The notes: generated by a model from the letters alone, not told the origin. A DNA stretch of 44,559 bases from Gammaproteobacteria bacterium (GCA_013153955.1 JAADDM010000285.1:1-44559), one strand, 5' to 3'; counted from the first letter of the stretch, positions 10,687 through 18,433 are shown. Translations and numbers: made by a program.

Positions 10687-10888
10687 GAAATATGCCTTAA
10701 TAGTGTTTAACAGCGAGAATGCTCAAAGTTTTGTTATTTTAATGGAATGGCATGACGATAGGGAGGTAAAATTACGAGTAAAGCGTTTTTGTTTATCGTT
10801 AAAGTCCTTTTAAATCCTTTACAAATAGGGCGCAGAGAGAATAAAGACTGAAAATCGTAATTATTTTGAATATTTTTAATCAAAGGGG

Positions 10889-10920
10889 TTGCAGGCTTAG
10901 AAATATTCCCTATAATACGC
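10889..10920 (+). promoter_or_regulatory. Sigma70 stable-RNA promoter for tRNA-Asn
   Basis: TTGCAG (10889-94), 16-nt spacer, TATAAT (10911-16), GC-rich discriminator, AT-rich upstream region. Confidence 0.75.
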
Positions 10921-10950
10921 CACATCAAACGAGATGTTTGATTCTACCAC

Positions 10951-11026
10951 TCCCGATTAGTTCAGCTGGTAGAACACCGGACTGTTAATCCGTATGTCGC
11001 TGGTTCGAATCCAGCATCGGGAGCCA
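10951..11026 (+). tRNA. tRNA-Asn(GTT)
   Basis: TCCCGAT/ATCGGGA acceptor stem, anticodon loop CTGTTAA, GGTTCGAATCC, encoded CCA; 76 nt. Confidence 0.97.
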
Positions 11027-11030
11027 TATT
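10980..11030 (+). repeat. attL core (tRNA-Asn 3' part)
   Basis: GACTGTTAATCCGTATGTCGCTGGTTCGAATCCAGCATCGGGAGCCATATT identical to 19584-19634. Confidence 0.95.
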
Positions 11031-11032
11031 CT

Positions 11033-11080
11033 AAAGCCTGTCTTTTCAATCACTTACGTGATTTGGAGGCGGGCTTTTTT
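11033..11080. terminator. Element-supplied hairpin terminator after tRNA-Asn, probably bidirectional with int
   Basis: AAAGCCTGTCT...ATCAC-TTAC-GTGAT...GGCGGGCTTTTTT imperfect hairpin with T run. Confidence 0.65.
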
Positions 11081-12104
11081 ATTGCCTAAAATTAAGTGAT
11101 GTAGCCAAATTTGTAGCTAGCCCGCTCTGGGCTTGGTTTACGTACTGTTTTAGGTGTTGATGACTAAAGTGGGCATACCGCTTAACCATCTTATAGTCAG
11201 ACCACCCACCCAGCTCCTGAAGAACCTCTATTGGCGTACCTCTTTGAACATGCCATGTTGCCCACGTGTGGCGTAAGTCATGCCATCTAAAGTTCTCAAG
11301 CTCTGCTCTTTTACAAGCCTTTTTAAACGCTTGAGTATTCGCCCTACGTACGCCTTTTCCTTTATAAGTAAACACTCGGTCAGAATGTTTACCTTTTTGC
11401 TTACGCAGTATCTCTATGGCTTTATCTGAGAGTGGAACGACAAACGCCTTTTCACTTTTCAAAATGTCATCGCCTTCAATAAAAACAGCGCCTTGAGATA
11501 AATCAACCTGATCCCAACGGAGTAGGGTGACGTTTGACTCTCTTAGGCCTGTTTCTAAAGAGAAGATAACCATATCAGCCGTATGAGGGGGTAAGGCCAT
11601 AATCAGCTTTTGAGCTTCTAAGGCCGTAATCCAGCGAACACGCTTTTTAGGTTCTTTCAAGAGTTTGATGTATGGAGGTTCACATTTAACCTCCCACTCT
11701 TTGTGTGCTTTGTTTAATACCGCTCTAAGCTTCTGAAGGTGACGATTAACGGTTGCATTGCTTGCCCCATCTTTCAGTTTATTCTGAATAATGGCATCCA
11801 CGTGCATTCGTCTAATTTCGTCCAGATATAAATCCCTAAAGTATCGGTCTAGGTATCTAAATAACCTAATTTCGTTAGCTTGGTCTTTATTCTGAGTTTC
11901 ACGCATGAATCGAATAATGGCTTCTTTCCAAAGTAGGCGTGGTTTATCCCCTAAGTGATGAACTCGCCATAATTCAGATTGAAGCATTGCTTCGTATTCT
12001 AACGCTTGTTGTCTATCTTCAGTTGCAGTAGATTGCTGTATTCTTGTTCCATCTGGTGAAGTGAACTTTGTCCACCAGATAGCGTTTCTAAGGTAGATTG
12101 ACAT
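11079..12104 (-). CDS. int: Tyrosine integrase, P22/DLP12 IntD-like
   Basis: TGLRESN (R), WHDLRHTWA (HxxR), LGGW, RYAH (Y); N-terminal arm-binding region MSIYLRNAIWW...ELWRVHHLGD resembles P22 Int. Confidence 0.95.
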   Translation of the reverse strand: MSIYLRNAIWWTKFTSPDGTRIQQSTATEDRQQALEYEAMLQSELWRVHHLGDKPRLLWKEAIIRFMRETQNKDQANEIRLFRYLDRYFRDLYLDEIRRMHVDAIIQNKLKDGASNATVNRHLQKLRAVLNKAHKEWEVKCEPPYIKLLKEPKKRVRWITALEAQKLIMALPPHTADMVIFSLETGLRESNVTLLRWDQVDLSQGAVFIEGDDILKSEKAFVVPLSDKAIEILRKQKGKHSDRVFTYKGKGVRRANTQAFKKACKRAELENFRWHDLRHTWATWHVQRGTPIEVLQELGGWSDYKMVKRYAHFSHQHLKQYVNQAQSGLATNLATSLNFRQ

Positions 12105-12322
12105 AATGATTCCTCATTGTTGTCAACAACTTGCACAGCACTCTCAGGTATAGAATATTGATTTCTAATGTATTGTGCAAGGTCTTCTTGAATGAAAACC
12201 CATTTGCGTCCTATTTTAGCAGAAGGTATTTTGCAGGCCTGCGCTAATCTCCGAACGGTCTCTTTATGACAGTTTAGAAAATATGCGGCTTGTGAAAGAC
12301 TTAAAGTTGTTGTTTGTTTCAT
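11999..12322 (-). CDS. xis: Excisionase / HTH recombination directionality factor
   Basis: LSLSQAAYFLNCHKETVRRLAQACKIPSAKIGRKWVF excisionase-type HTH; start ATG 12322; 3' end overlaps int by 106 nt. Confidence 0.82.
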   Translation of the reverse strand: MKQTTTLSLSQAAYFLNCHKETVRRLAQACKIPSAKIGRKWVFIQEDLAQYIRNQYSIPESAVQVVDNNEESLCQSTLETLSGGQSSLHQMEQEYSNLLQLKIDNKR

Positions 12323-12457
12323 AAATGTATTCCAAATGTGTGAGCTCACTTTTAACTTACCTGTCCGCTTTAAAAGTAAATATAGTTTTTTTATTTTTTT
12401 AGACAACTGGTAACAAAAAGATACGATTCGTTACATTTTATGTCGCAAAATAAAGAT

Positions 12458-14083
12458 TTATCGTCCAAATGAATTTTCAAAAGAGGCCTCTCTCTCGTCA
12501 ATTAAGCCCTCTTTAAGCATCATGACCTCTTGCCCATCTCTCAATATGATTTCTATCGGAGGGGGAGATGTTTGATTTGTTTTCCATAGCTCAATTAACA
12601 CTTCATCGCTACCTGTGAAATAACCTTGCACTAGCCCTGCCTGTTTAGCTGCGTAAAGAAGGGTTTTGGCAACCTCTTGAGTAGAGCCCATGCTGCTGTC
12701 AACAACGACACGAATGGCTTTTCCGTTTTCAGTTTGAACTTTAAACCGAGTCCCTGTTTTTGTCGTGACCCATCCTGAGTCCATGTCAAACCATTTAATG
12801 AAATCAAGTATTTCAGAATGGCTCACAATCGGAGTACCAAAGACCTTTAGGTGTTTAAAAGCTTGTTTTTTAAAGAAGGCTTCCATCGCCTCTTTATCTT
12901 TTTTATGGGCGTTTTCACGTTCCATCGCTTGTTCTTTATTTCTCTTTTCGTTTTGAGCTAACTTTTTTTGTTTAGCGATAGCTGCTTTATAAGCTTTTTC
13001 AGCATTTTTAACAGAAACAATCCTGAGCGTTTTTAACACAGGTTTACTTTGCCCCAGCATGTTTTTAGTATGACTTGACACATATTCAATGCGTTCTGTT
13101 TTTGGAGGGCTAAATTGTAGTGACAGAATATCTATCTCAGTTTGAGCATCAGCAACTCGTTTGTTATATATTATTAATCGCTTTTTAATTTTATCTATAT
13201 CGGATTGTTTTATGTTGCATGCTGATTCTAGTTGGGTCAGTTTTTCAGTATTAGATAGTATCAATCTTTGGTTTTTACTGAGTTTGTTCAGTTGTGCCTG
13301 ATGCTTCTTAGATAATTCTTTTAAGGTCTTCTGTTTTGCCTCGATCTCTAAAGGCAGGTCTTCATGTAGTTGTTTAACCGAGCGATGAATAACATTTGAT
13401 TGTTTCCATACCTCAGCAGAGTATTTACCATTTTCCATCGGGATATTTAATGCCTCAGCTGCTTGTTTTAAGCGAGCCTGTTTATCCAAGCCTCGCGTTA
13501 ATCCAGTTGAAGTGAAGGCTATGCCAATTTTATCTTGCTCTTTTCTCAAGTCGTCTCGTTTGAATCTCAATGTCTGTTTTAATGCATTATCATAGTTTGT
13601 CGTAATAAAGTGATAGTGGACGGTTGTTTCATCTTCGTGCCGAACAAGATAAGTTAATTCAATGTTTTTGCGTGAGCATAAATCCTCGACATACTGAATG
13701 GCGCAGTTATCTAATTGCTCGCGGCTCATCTTATTTGCATGAGCATCTTGGCTAAAACCAATGAACCCTGATAAGTGCGTTTTCATATGTGATTGCCAGT
13801 TTCGGACTTTTCTTCTTGCTGATATGTATTCTTTATCGGATAAATAATCTTTGTGTATTAATTCACGCTGCCTATTTTTTTCAGCATTAAAATCATTTTT
13901 AATAAAGTGTGATTGCTCAGTTAATAAATTTCGTGAATGCTTTATATCAGAACCCCGTAAAATAGTATTTGAATGAGATTTTGTGTGGTCTACATAACTT
14001 GGCCTGCGCGAATTATCTAAATCATGTGTCAGATTTCCCAGTCCCCGAGTTGCTTCAATGCGAACTAATACCGTACCGCTCAT
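12458..14083 (-). CDS. MOBV (Mob_Pre) relaxase with coiled-coil and extra C-terminal domain
   Basis: N-terminal H-x-x-x-x-x-R...VD..KS..N motif; RHEDETTVHYHF equals the MOBV HxDExxxHxH motif; ATG 14083 has a GGAG RBS. Confidence 0.82.
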   Translation of the reverse strand: MSGTVLVRIEATRGLGNLTHDLDNSRRPSYVDHTKSHSNTILRGSDIKHSRNLLTEQSHFIKNDFNAEKNRQRELIHKDYLSDKEYISARRKVRNWQSHMKTHLSGFIGFSQDAHANKMSREQLDNCAIQYVEDLCSRKNIELTYLVRHEDETTVHYHFITTNYDNALKQTLRFKRDDLRKEQDKIGIAFTSTGLTRGLDKQARLKQAAEALNIPMENGKYSAEVWKQSNVIHRSVKQLHEDLPLEIEAKQKTLKELSKKHQAQLNKLSKNQRLILSNTEKLTQLESACNIKQSDIDKIKKRLIIYNKRVADAQTEIDILSLQFSPPKTERIEYVSSHTKNMLGQSKPVLKTLRIVSVKNAEKAYKAAIAKQKKLAQNEKRNKEQAMERENAHKKDKEAMEAFFKKQAFKHLKVFGTPIVSHSEILDFIKWFDMDSGWVTTKTGTRFKVQTENGKAIRVVVDSSMGSTQEVAKTLLYAAKQAGLVQGYFTGSDEVLIELWKTNQTSPPPIEIILRDGQEVMMLKEGLIDEREASFENSFGR

Positions 14084-14115
14084 AGATTGCTCCAAATATA
14101 ATAAAATCGAATGAC

Positions 14116-14162
14116 CAGTGCGGTTAGTCTATAACCTACTAGCAGCTGTCTTCGACAACTAC
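14116..14162 (-). promoter_or_regulatory. Candidate MOBV oriT
   Basis: On the mob strand GTAGTTGTC-GAA-GACAGCTGC TAGT AGGTTATAGACTAACC GCACTG: two adjacent inverted repeats just upstream of the relaxase. Confidence 0.65.
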
Positions 14163-14334
14163 AAATAGGCGAAGGCGTGAACGCCTTTCGAAACCGGTCT
14201 TTGGCCTTTAACTATATTTAAAGTATTAAATTTACTGATTAAAATCTCGGTCTAATTTTTTAAAAAATGAAATTAGTACCAATTTACTTTTTTCGGCCTA
14301 CATAGACATCTTCAGCAAGTACGCACAAGTTGCG

Positions 14335-15066
14335 ATGTCTTCATTAGCGATAGCGTCGTTCTTTTTAGCGTATTATCTTCCAGCGCTTCCGACCATATTG
14401 TGGTTGATGGCGATTATAGGTTGGTTGATATTAATTATTGAATCAGTCGTAGCCGCGCCAGTTTGGGCAGCGGCACATGCCATGCCGGAAGGTGAGGGTA
14501 TAGCGGGTCAGCATGGTCGAACGGGTTACATGATGTTATTGAACGTATTGTTAAGACCTGCTTTAATGGTATTTGGATTTATGATAGCCATGGCGTTAGT
14601 AGGTGCGACGAGTATGTTAGCGGCTTACATGTTGCAGCAAGGGATAATGTCAGCTGCGATGAATGATACGGGTCTTGGTGGCTGGGGTGGCCCTTTTGCA
14701 TTAGTGATGTCATTTGTATCGAGTATTGTTATTATTACAGTTACGATGGTGACGGTAGTGCATAAGACGTTTACGTTGATTACTTGGTTGCCAGAGAAAG
14801 TAATGACTTGGGCAGGCAGTGGCGCATCAAGCTTAGGAGAAGAGTCAGATGAAAGACGTGTTGCAGGAGTATTTGGAACAGTTGGTCAGAATGTAGCGGC
14901 AGGTGCGCAAAAGGCAAATAAGCCAGGTAAGCCAGCGTCTAAAGACTCAGATGGGGGTGGTGATGGAGCTGATGATGGCAAAATGGCTGCAAAAGATGAA
15001 AAAGCAGAGACTGCATCAGAGAAGTCTGAGTCGGGTAGCGCTGATAAAAGTAAAGAAAGCCTTTAA
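14335..15066 (+). CDS. C-terminal membrane portion of a TraY/DotA-family type IVB secretion protein (5'-truncated)
   Basis: YYLP..P...W...IIGWL....E.V.AAP.WAAAH..PEGEG..G....GY..LLNV.LRPALMV.GF is the conserved TraY/DotA C-terminal signature; only 243 aa against roughly 700-1000 aa for full-length members. Confidence 0.8.
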   Translation: MSSLAIASFFLAYYLPALPTILWLMAIIGWLILIIESVVAAPVWAAAHAMPEGEGIAGQHGRTGYMMLLNVLLRPALMVFGFMIAMALVGATSMLAAYMLQQGIMSAAMNDTGLGGWGGPFALVMSFVSSIVIITVTMVTVVHKTFTLITWLPEKVMTWAGSGASSLGEESDERRVAGVFGTVGQNVAAGAQKANKPGKPASKDSDGGGDGADDGKMAAKDEKAETASEKSESGSADKSKESL

Positions 15067-15078
15067 AGGGAGGGTTGT

Positions 15079-15681
15079 ATGATTGATTTTTGGACTATTA
15101 CCCAAGACGCGCTGAGTAAGATGAAAGAAGAGAATAATGCCAGACTTCGAAAGGAGAAGGGCACTCTAACTTGGAAAGAGTCTTATCACCGGCTTGATGC
15201 CAGCTTTGAAAAGCTGTATGACGGTCACGTTGAGACTAAAAAGCATCTTGAAGGAGTTATTGGCGGAGAGAGGAAAACATCTTTAATGCACGCTCTCGTT
15301 AAATTCAAAGAGCGTACCGCTAAGGTCGAGAACAAAGCGGTTTTAATGTATGTACTCTCTAATAAATCAGCTCGACCTGTTACGGATAAACCATACTCTA
15401 TGGCACTGCTTAAAAAGGTTGAGGAGGCAGTTCATAAAGCTATTTATAAAGGTAAGAATAAACTTACTTCTGCTGATATTGGTAAACCCTTTAATGCGCG
15501 TGATGAAGAGGTTATCATTGATGGTCGTAGCTTTACCGGTCGAGATGAAGATATTTTCTTCAACCTTACCAACGACGACTACTACACTATTGACGACTAC
15601 AAAGTCATGCTCCAAAGAGCGAACAAGGTCGTCGATAAATTTGAAGCAGAAGGTCGTGAGCGCGGGTTGATTTGTGATTGA
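15079..15681 (+). CDS. Hypothetical soluble protein (200 aa)
   Basis: Strong GGAGGG RBS, 12 nt after the TraY-like stop, followed by a terminator; no family recognised. Confidence 0.75.
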   Translation: MIDFWTITQDALSKMKEENNARLRKEKGTLTWKESYHRLDASFEKLYDGHVETKKHLEGVIGGERKTSLMHALVKFKERTAKVENKAVLMYVLSNKSARPVTDKPYSMALLKKVEEAVHKAIYKGKNKLTSADIGKPFNARDEEVIIDGRSFTGRDEDIFFNLTNDDYYTIDDYKVMLQRANKVVDKFEAEGRERGLICD

Positions 15682-15742
15682 TTTTTATTGATTCGCGATT
15701 GATTTTTTATTGATTCGCGATTGATTTTTTATTGATTTGTGA
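15667..15742 (+). repeat. Seven tandem ~11-bp units TTGATTnnnnA
   Basis: TTGATTTGTGA, TTGATTTTTA, TTGATTCGCGA, TTGATTTTTTA, TTGATTCGCGA, TTGATTTTTTA, TTGATTTGTGA. Confidence 0.92.
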
Positions 15743-15777
15743 TTAACCGCATTGTTTAATGCATGACGAAAAATATC

Positions 15778-15809
15778 AAACCCTGGTACGCAAGTGCTGG
15801 GGTTTTTTT
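15778..15809 (+). terminator. Rho-independent terminator
   Basis: AAACCCTGGTAC-GCAA-GTGCTGGGGTTTTTTT. Confidence 0.8.
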
Positions 15810-15903
15810 ATGTCCGCCTTACAAAGCTTATATTTCCTTGTTAGAAATAAACAATCTAATTCAATAATTCAAATCGTTTTTTCTTAGCTTTTTCACGCTT
15901 TCT

Positions 15904-15938
15904 TTGTCAACTTATTTAGATTTATTGTCAACTTATTT
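15904..15938 (+). repeat. 14-bp direct repeat TTGTCAACTTATTT x2 (21-bp period)
   Basis: Copies at 15904-15917 and 15925-15938 upstream of the Fic gene. Confidence 0.8.
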
Positions 15939-16045
15939 GATTTCATTGATAGGTTGCAGTCTAACAGTGATAATTCCTATGAAAATAAACAGGACGATTT
16001 TATCTAAATACTGTCCTATAAAACTATTTATGCTACTCTAGTAGT

Positions 16046-17053
16046 ATGAAAAACAAATTAAAACCCTTCATTTTAGCGTCATTGAGATTCCCCAAATCCA
16101 TTTCAGAACTTCTTGAATTATTAAGGTTTGAGGTTGAAGAGAGAACGCTTCGACGATGGTTATCGCTTTGGGTTAAAGAAGGGGTGATTGTCTCCACGGG
16201 TCGATTAAAAACAACCTTGTATCATTTAACATCGAACGGAAAGAATGGAGGTAGTTCAAAGTTGAAATTCCTAAAAGAATTAAGCGAGTCCAAAGCGCAG
16301 TGTGTAAGAGATGAATTAAGAGATTTATGGACGCACGCCTCAACCTCTATTGAAGGCAATACGCTAACCCTTGGTAATACCTATGATGTTTTAGAACATG
16401 GTATGACGATTAGTGGAAAGAGCTTAAAAGAGCACCAAGAGGTGGTAGGTCATGCGCGTGCCATTGATATTCTTTATGAGGCGGTCTATTCCGGGACAAG
16501 CATAGACAAGTCGATTATTTTTAATCTTCATCGAGCCATTCAGACCGAGTATATTTTGGACATCTACAAGCCTATAGGGGGTTGGAAGGTCGAGATTAAT
16601 GGTTGTAGAGCAAGGCATGAGATTGATGGTAAGGTTAAAGCTGTTTATATAGAGTACGCCCATCCCCTTGATGTAGATAGCCTGATGCAAGAGCTGATTG
16701 ACTATATTAATGAGATGGACTGTACCTTAATCACCTATGAGAACGCGGCTAAGGTCTATTCAAAGGTTCACTCTGTTTTTGTGTCTATTCATCCATTTTG
16801 GGATGGAAACGGACGAATGGCTAGGTTGATTGCCAACATTCCCTTATTAAAGGCAGGGCTTGTGCCTTTGGTGATAGATTCTACCAGACGTTTAGAGTAT
16901 ATCTCGGCACTGTCCGCGCACCAAATAGCCTTTCAAGGAGAGTTGTATATTAAAGGGCCTGAAAACACAGCATTAACAACGTTTTGCCAGTCATGCTACG
17001 GCACTACGATTGAGATTGTGGAAGAGGGTCTTATGGGGCTTAAGAGATATTGA
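16046..17053 (+). CDS. Fic-domain protein with N-terminal winged HTH (class II, autoinhibited)
   Basis: HPFWDGNGRMAR canonical Fic motif; STSIEGN inhibitory SxxxE(G/N) motif; N-terminal SISELL...ERTLRRWL..WVKEGVI...G wHTH pattern. Confidence 0.92.
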   Translation: MKNKLKPFILASLRFPKSISELLELLRFEVEERTLRRWLSLWVKEGVIVSTGRLKTTLYHLTSNGKNGGSSKLKFLKELSESKAQCVRDELRDLWTHASTSIEGNTLTLGNTYDVLEHGMTISGKSLKEHQEVVGHARAIDILYEAVYSGTSIDKSIIFNLHRAIQTEYILDIYKPIGGWKVEINGCRARHEIDGKVKAVYIEYAHPLDVDSLMQELIDYINEMDCTLITYENAAKVYSKVHSVFVSIHPFWDGNGRMARLIANIPLLKAGLVPLVIDSTRRLEYISALSAHQIAFQGELYIKGPENTALTTFCQSCYGTTIEIVEEGLMGLKRY

Positions 17054-17139
17054 TATTTTTTAAAACAATTAGAGTCCCGCTCATCCTTAGAAATTTTGTT
17101 TTTTAGCTAAGACAGGATAGGCTTTAGGAAAAGACGTGA

Positions 17140-17267
17140 TGTAAATAATTAAATACATATTTGTAGATAGTTAATTCATTAACCCCTTTATAAGTTATTG
17201 TTTTTACTTCTGAATTAATGGTTTACTTGTAGATAGTTAAATAGTGATGTGTTTTTAATTATTTACA
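17140..17267. repeat. 128-bp structure with terminal inverted repeats and four TGTARATARTTAA motifs
   Basis: 17140-17160 and 17247-17267 are 19/21 inverted; TTGTAGATAGTTAA repeated directly at 17161 and 17227. Confidence 0.8.
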
Positions 17268-17570
17268 AAAAAACGTTTTAAGAGGGGGTTCTGTCAGAGT
17301 TCAATCATCAAGAACTAGAAATGTTACAACCTAGTTTTGATTCTATCTTGCTACCTAAGAGGTCATAGCAAAGCTCAAAGAAGCGCTCATTATTCCATTA
17401 AAAGAGGGTGGGAGAGAGTGCATTATTAATTTTATAAATAATCTTATGAGAAGCTTGCTTTCTATATTAGAACAACAGGGCTTCATTCCCTCTTTAGACT
17501 CTTAGAAGATGAAGATTTGAAGTACATAGACCTTACTTGTACACTGAAGGACGTTGAGAGGGAAATATAG

Positions 17571-17738
17571 ATGAAAATGGATAAATCTAAAATAGACGAA
17601 CAGCTTGAAAAAAACTTTGCCAAGCACGCAACCACCAAATTGTCTCAAGGCAGTAGAAATGCGCTGAACTACTATTTAAAGCAACGCTCAGACAAAGGCG
17701 CTCAGGATTTAGATCGCGTAGGCAAATTTAAACATTAA
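17571..17738 (+). CDS. Small basic hypothetical protein (55 aa, below ORF-track cutoff)
   Basis: MKMDKSKIDEQLEKNFAKHATTKLSQGSRNALNYYLKQRSDKGAQDLDRVGKFKH; GAGGG RBS 8 nt upstream. Confidence 0.5.
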   Translation: MKMDKSKIDEQLEKNFAKHATTKLSQGSRNALNYYLKQRSDKGAQDLDRVGKFKH

Positions 17739-17797
17739 CTTAAGTTTGTCTAAACCTTTTATAGGAGTGTCTAACACCATGCTAGATGAGAGCGTTC

Positions 17798-18091
17798 TTA
17801 TTGCTCTATATTCTCTGAGTTCAATAGCTGACGACGGTTACGTAATGTCAGTATTTCGATATCTTTTTCAATTTTATAAATGATGCGGTAGTTTCCAAAA
17901 ATCAGTTCACGATAACTTGATCCTAATAGTTCTGGTACTTCGCGCCCCATTTCAGGTTGTGAACCAAGAAGTTCTGTGCGGTCAAATATATCGTTTACCC
18001 ATTGTTCAGCAGCAGAGGGCTTATCAAGTGCAATAAATCTCGCTGAGGCTTCTAGCTTGGCGAGGGCTAAAGGTGACCAGATTACTTTCAC
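17798..18091 (-). CDS. RelE/ParE-family toxin
   Basis: MKVIWSPLA..LE....FIA.DKPSAA...PEMGR.VPEL....YRELIFGNYRIIY; GTG start overlaps the antitoxin stop. Confidence 0.9.
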   Translation of the reverse strand: MKVIWSPLALAKLEASARFIALDKPSAAEQWVNDIFDRTELLGSQPEMGREVPELLGSSYRELIFGNYRIIYKIEKDIEILTLRNRRQLLNSENIEQ

Positions 18092-18369
18092 TTTTTAATA
18101 CTCATCAGTATTTGCGAGCGAGCATCTGAATTAGATAGGCCTAATCCTGCTGAAATCTGAGCTTCGGATTTTTGTATCTCTTCAAGTAACTCGATTCGTT
18201 CTTGCATCGCTTCATACTCTGAAACATCCATGACTACCGCGACGCCCTTGCCTCGTTGGGTGATGACGATAGGCCGTCTTGTTTCATTAATCTGTCGTAT
18301 GAATGAAGCTGTATTCGCTCTAAAATCTGACAAGGGTTGAATGTCTTTATCAAAATGAAGTCTACTCAT
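18088..18369 (-). CDS. Phd/YefM-family antitoxin
   Basis: DIQPLSDFRAN....I.Q...TRRPIVITQRGKGVAV. Confidence 0.92.
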   Translation of the reverse strand: MSRLHFDKDIQPLSDFRANTASFIRQINETRRPIVITQRGKGVAVVMDVSEYEAMQERIELLEEIQKSEAQISAGLGLSNSDARSQILMSIKK

Positions 18370-18384
18370 ATTTAATACCTTTAG

Positions 18385-18433
18385 TTGTACTGTCTAGTGT
18401 ACAAATTATAATAAAATAGTGAAGTAAGCACAA
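18385..18433 (-). promoter_or_regulatory. TA promoter and operator
   Basis: TTGTGC-17nt-TATAAT on the minus strand (18433-18405); TGTACT/TGTACA cores 12 bp apart (18386, 18398), as in yefM-type operators. Confidence 0.75.

Noticed and set aside
15350-15670. Alternative-frame and antisense ORFs inside the 200-aa gene
   Set aside because: Nested, with no RBS or recognisable motifs; typical shadow ORFs
15667-15742. CRISPR array
   Set aside because: Units are 11 bp and contiguous with no unique spacers, and there are no cas genes
15900-15966. Tn7-like transposon end (minus strand TGTTAGAC... with repeated ATAAGTTGACA)
   Set aside because: No partner end, target duplication or tns genes; kept only as a direct repeat
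17769-17800. Integron attC after the toxin gene (GTTAGAC core on the minus strand; same heptamer at 15959)
   Set aside because: No matching RYYYAAC inverse core, far shorter than a normal attC, and the integrase is not IntI-like
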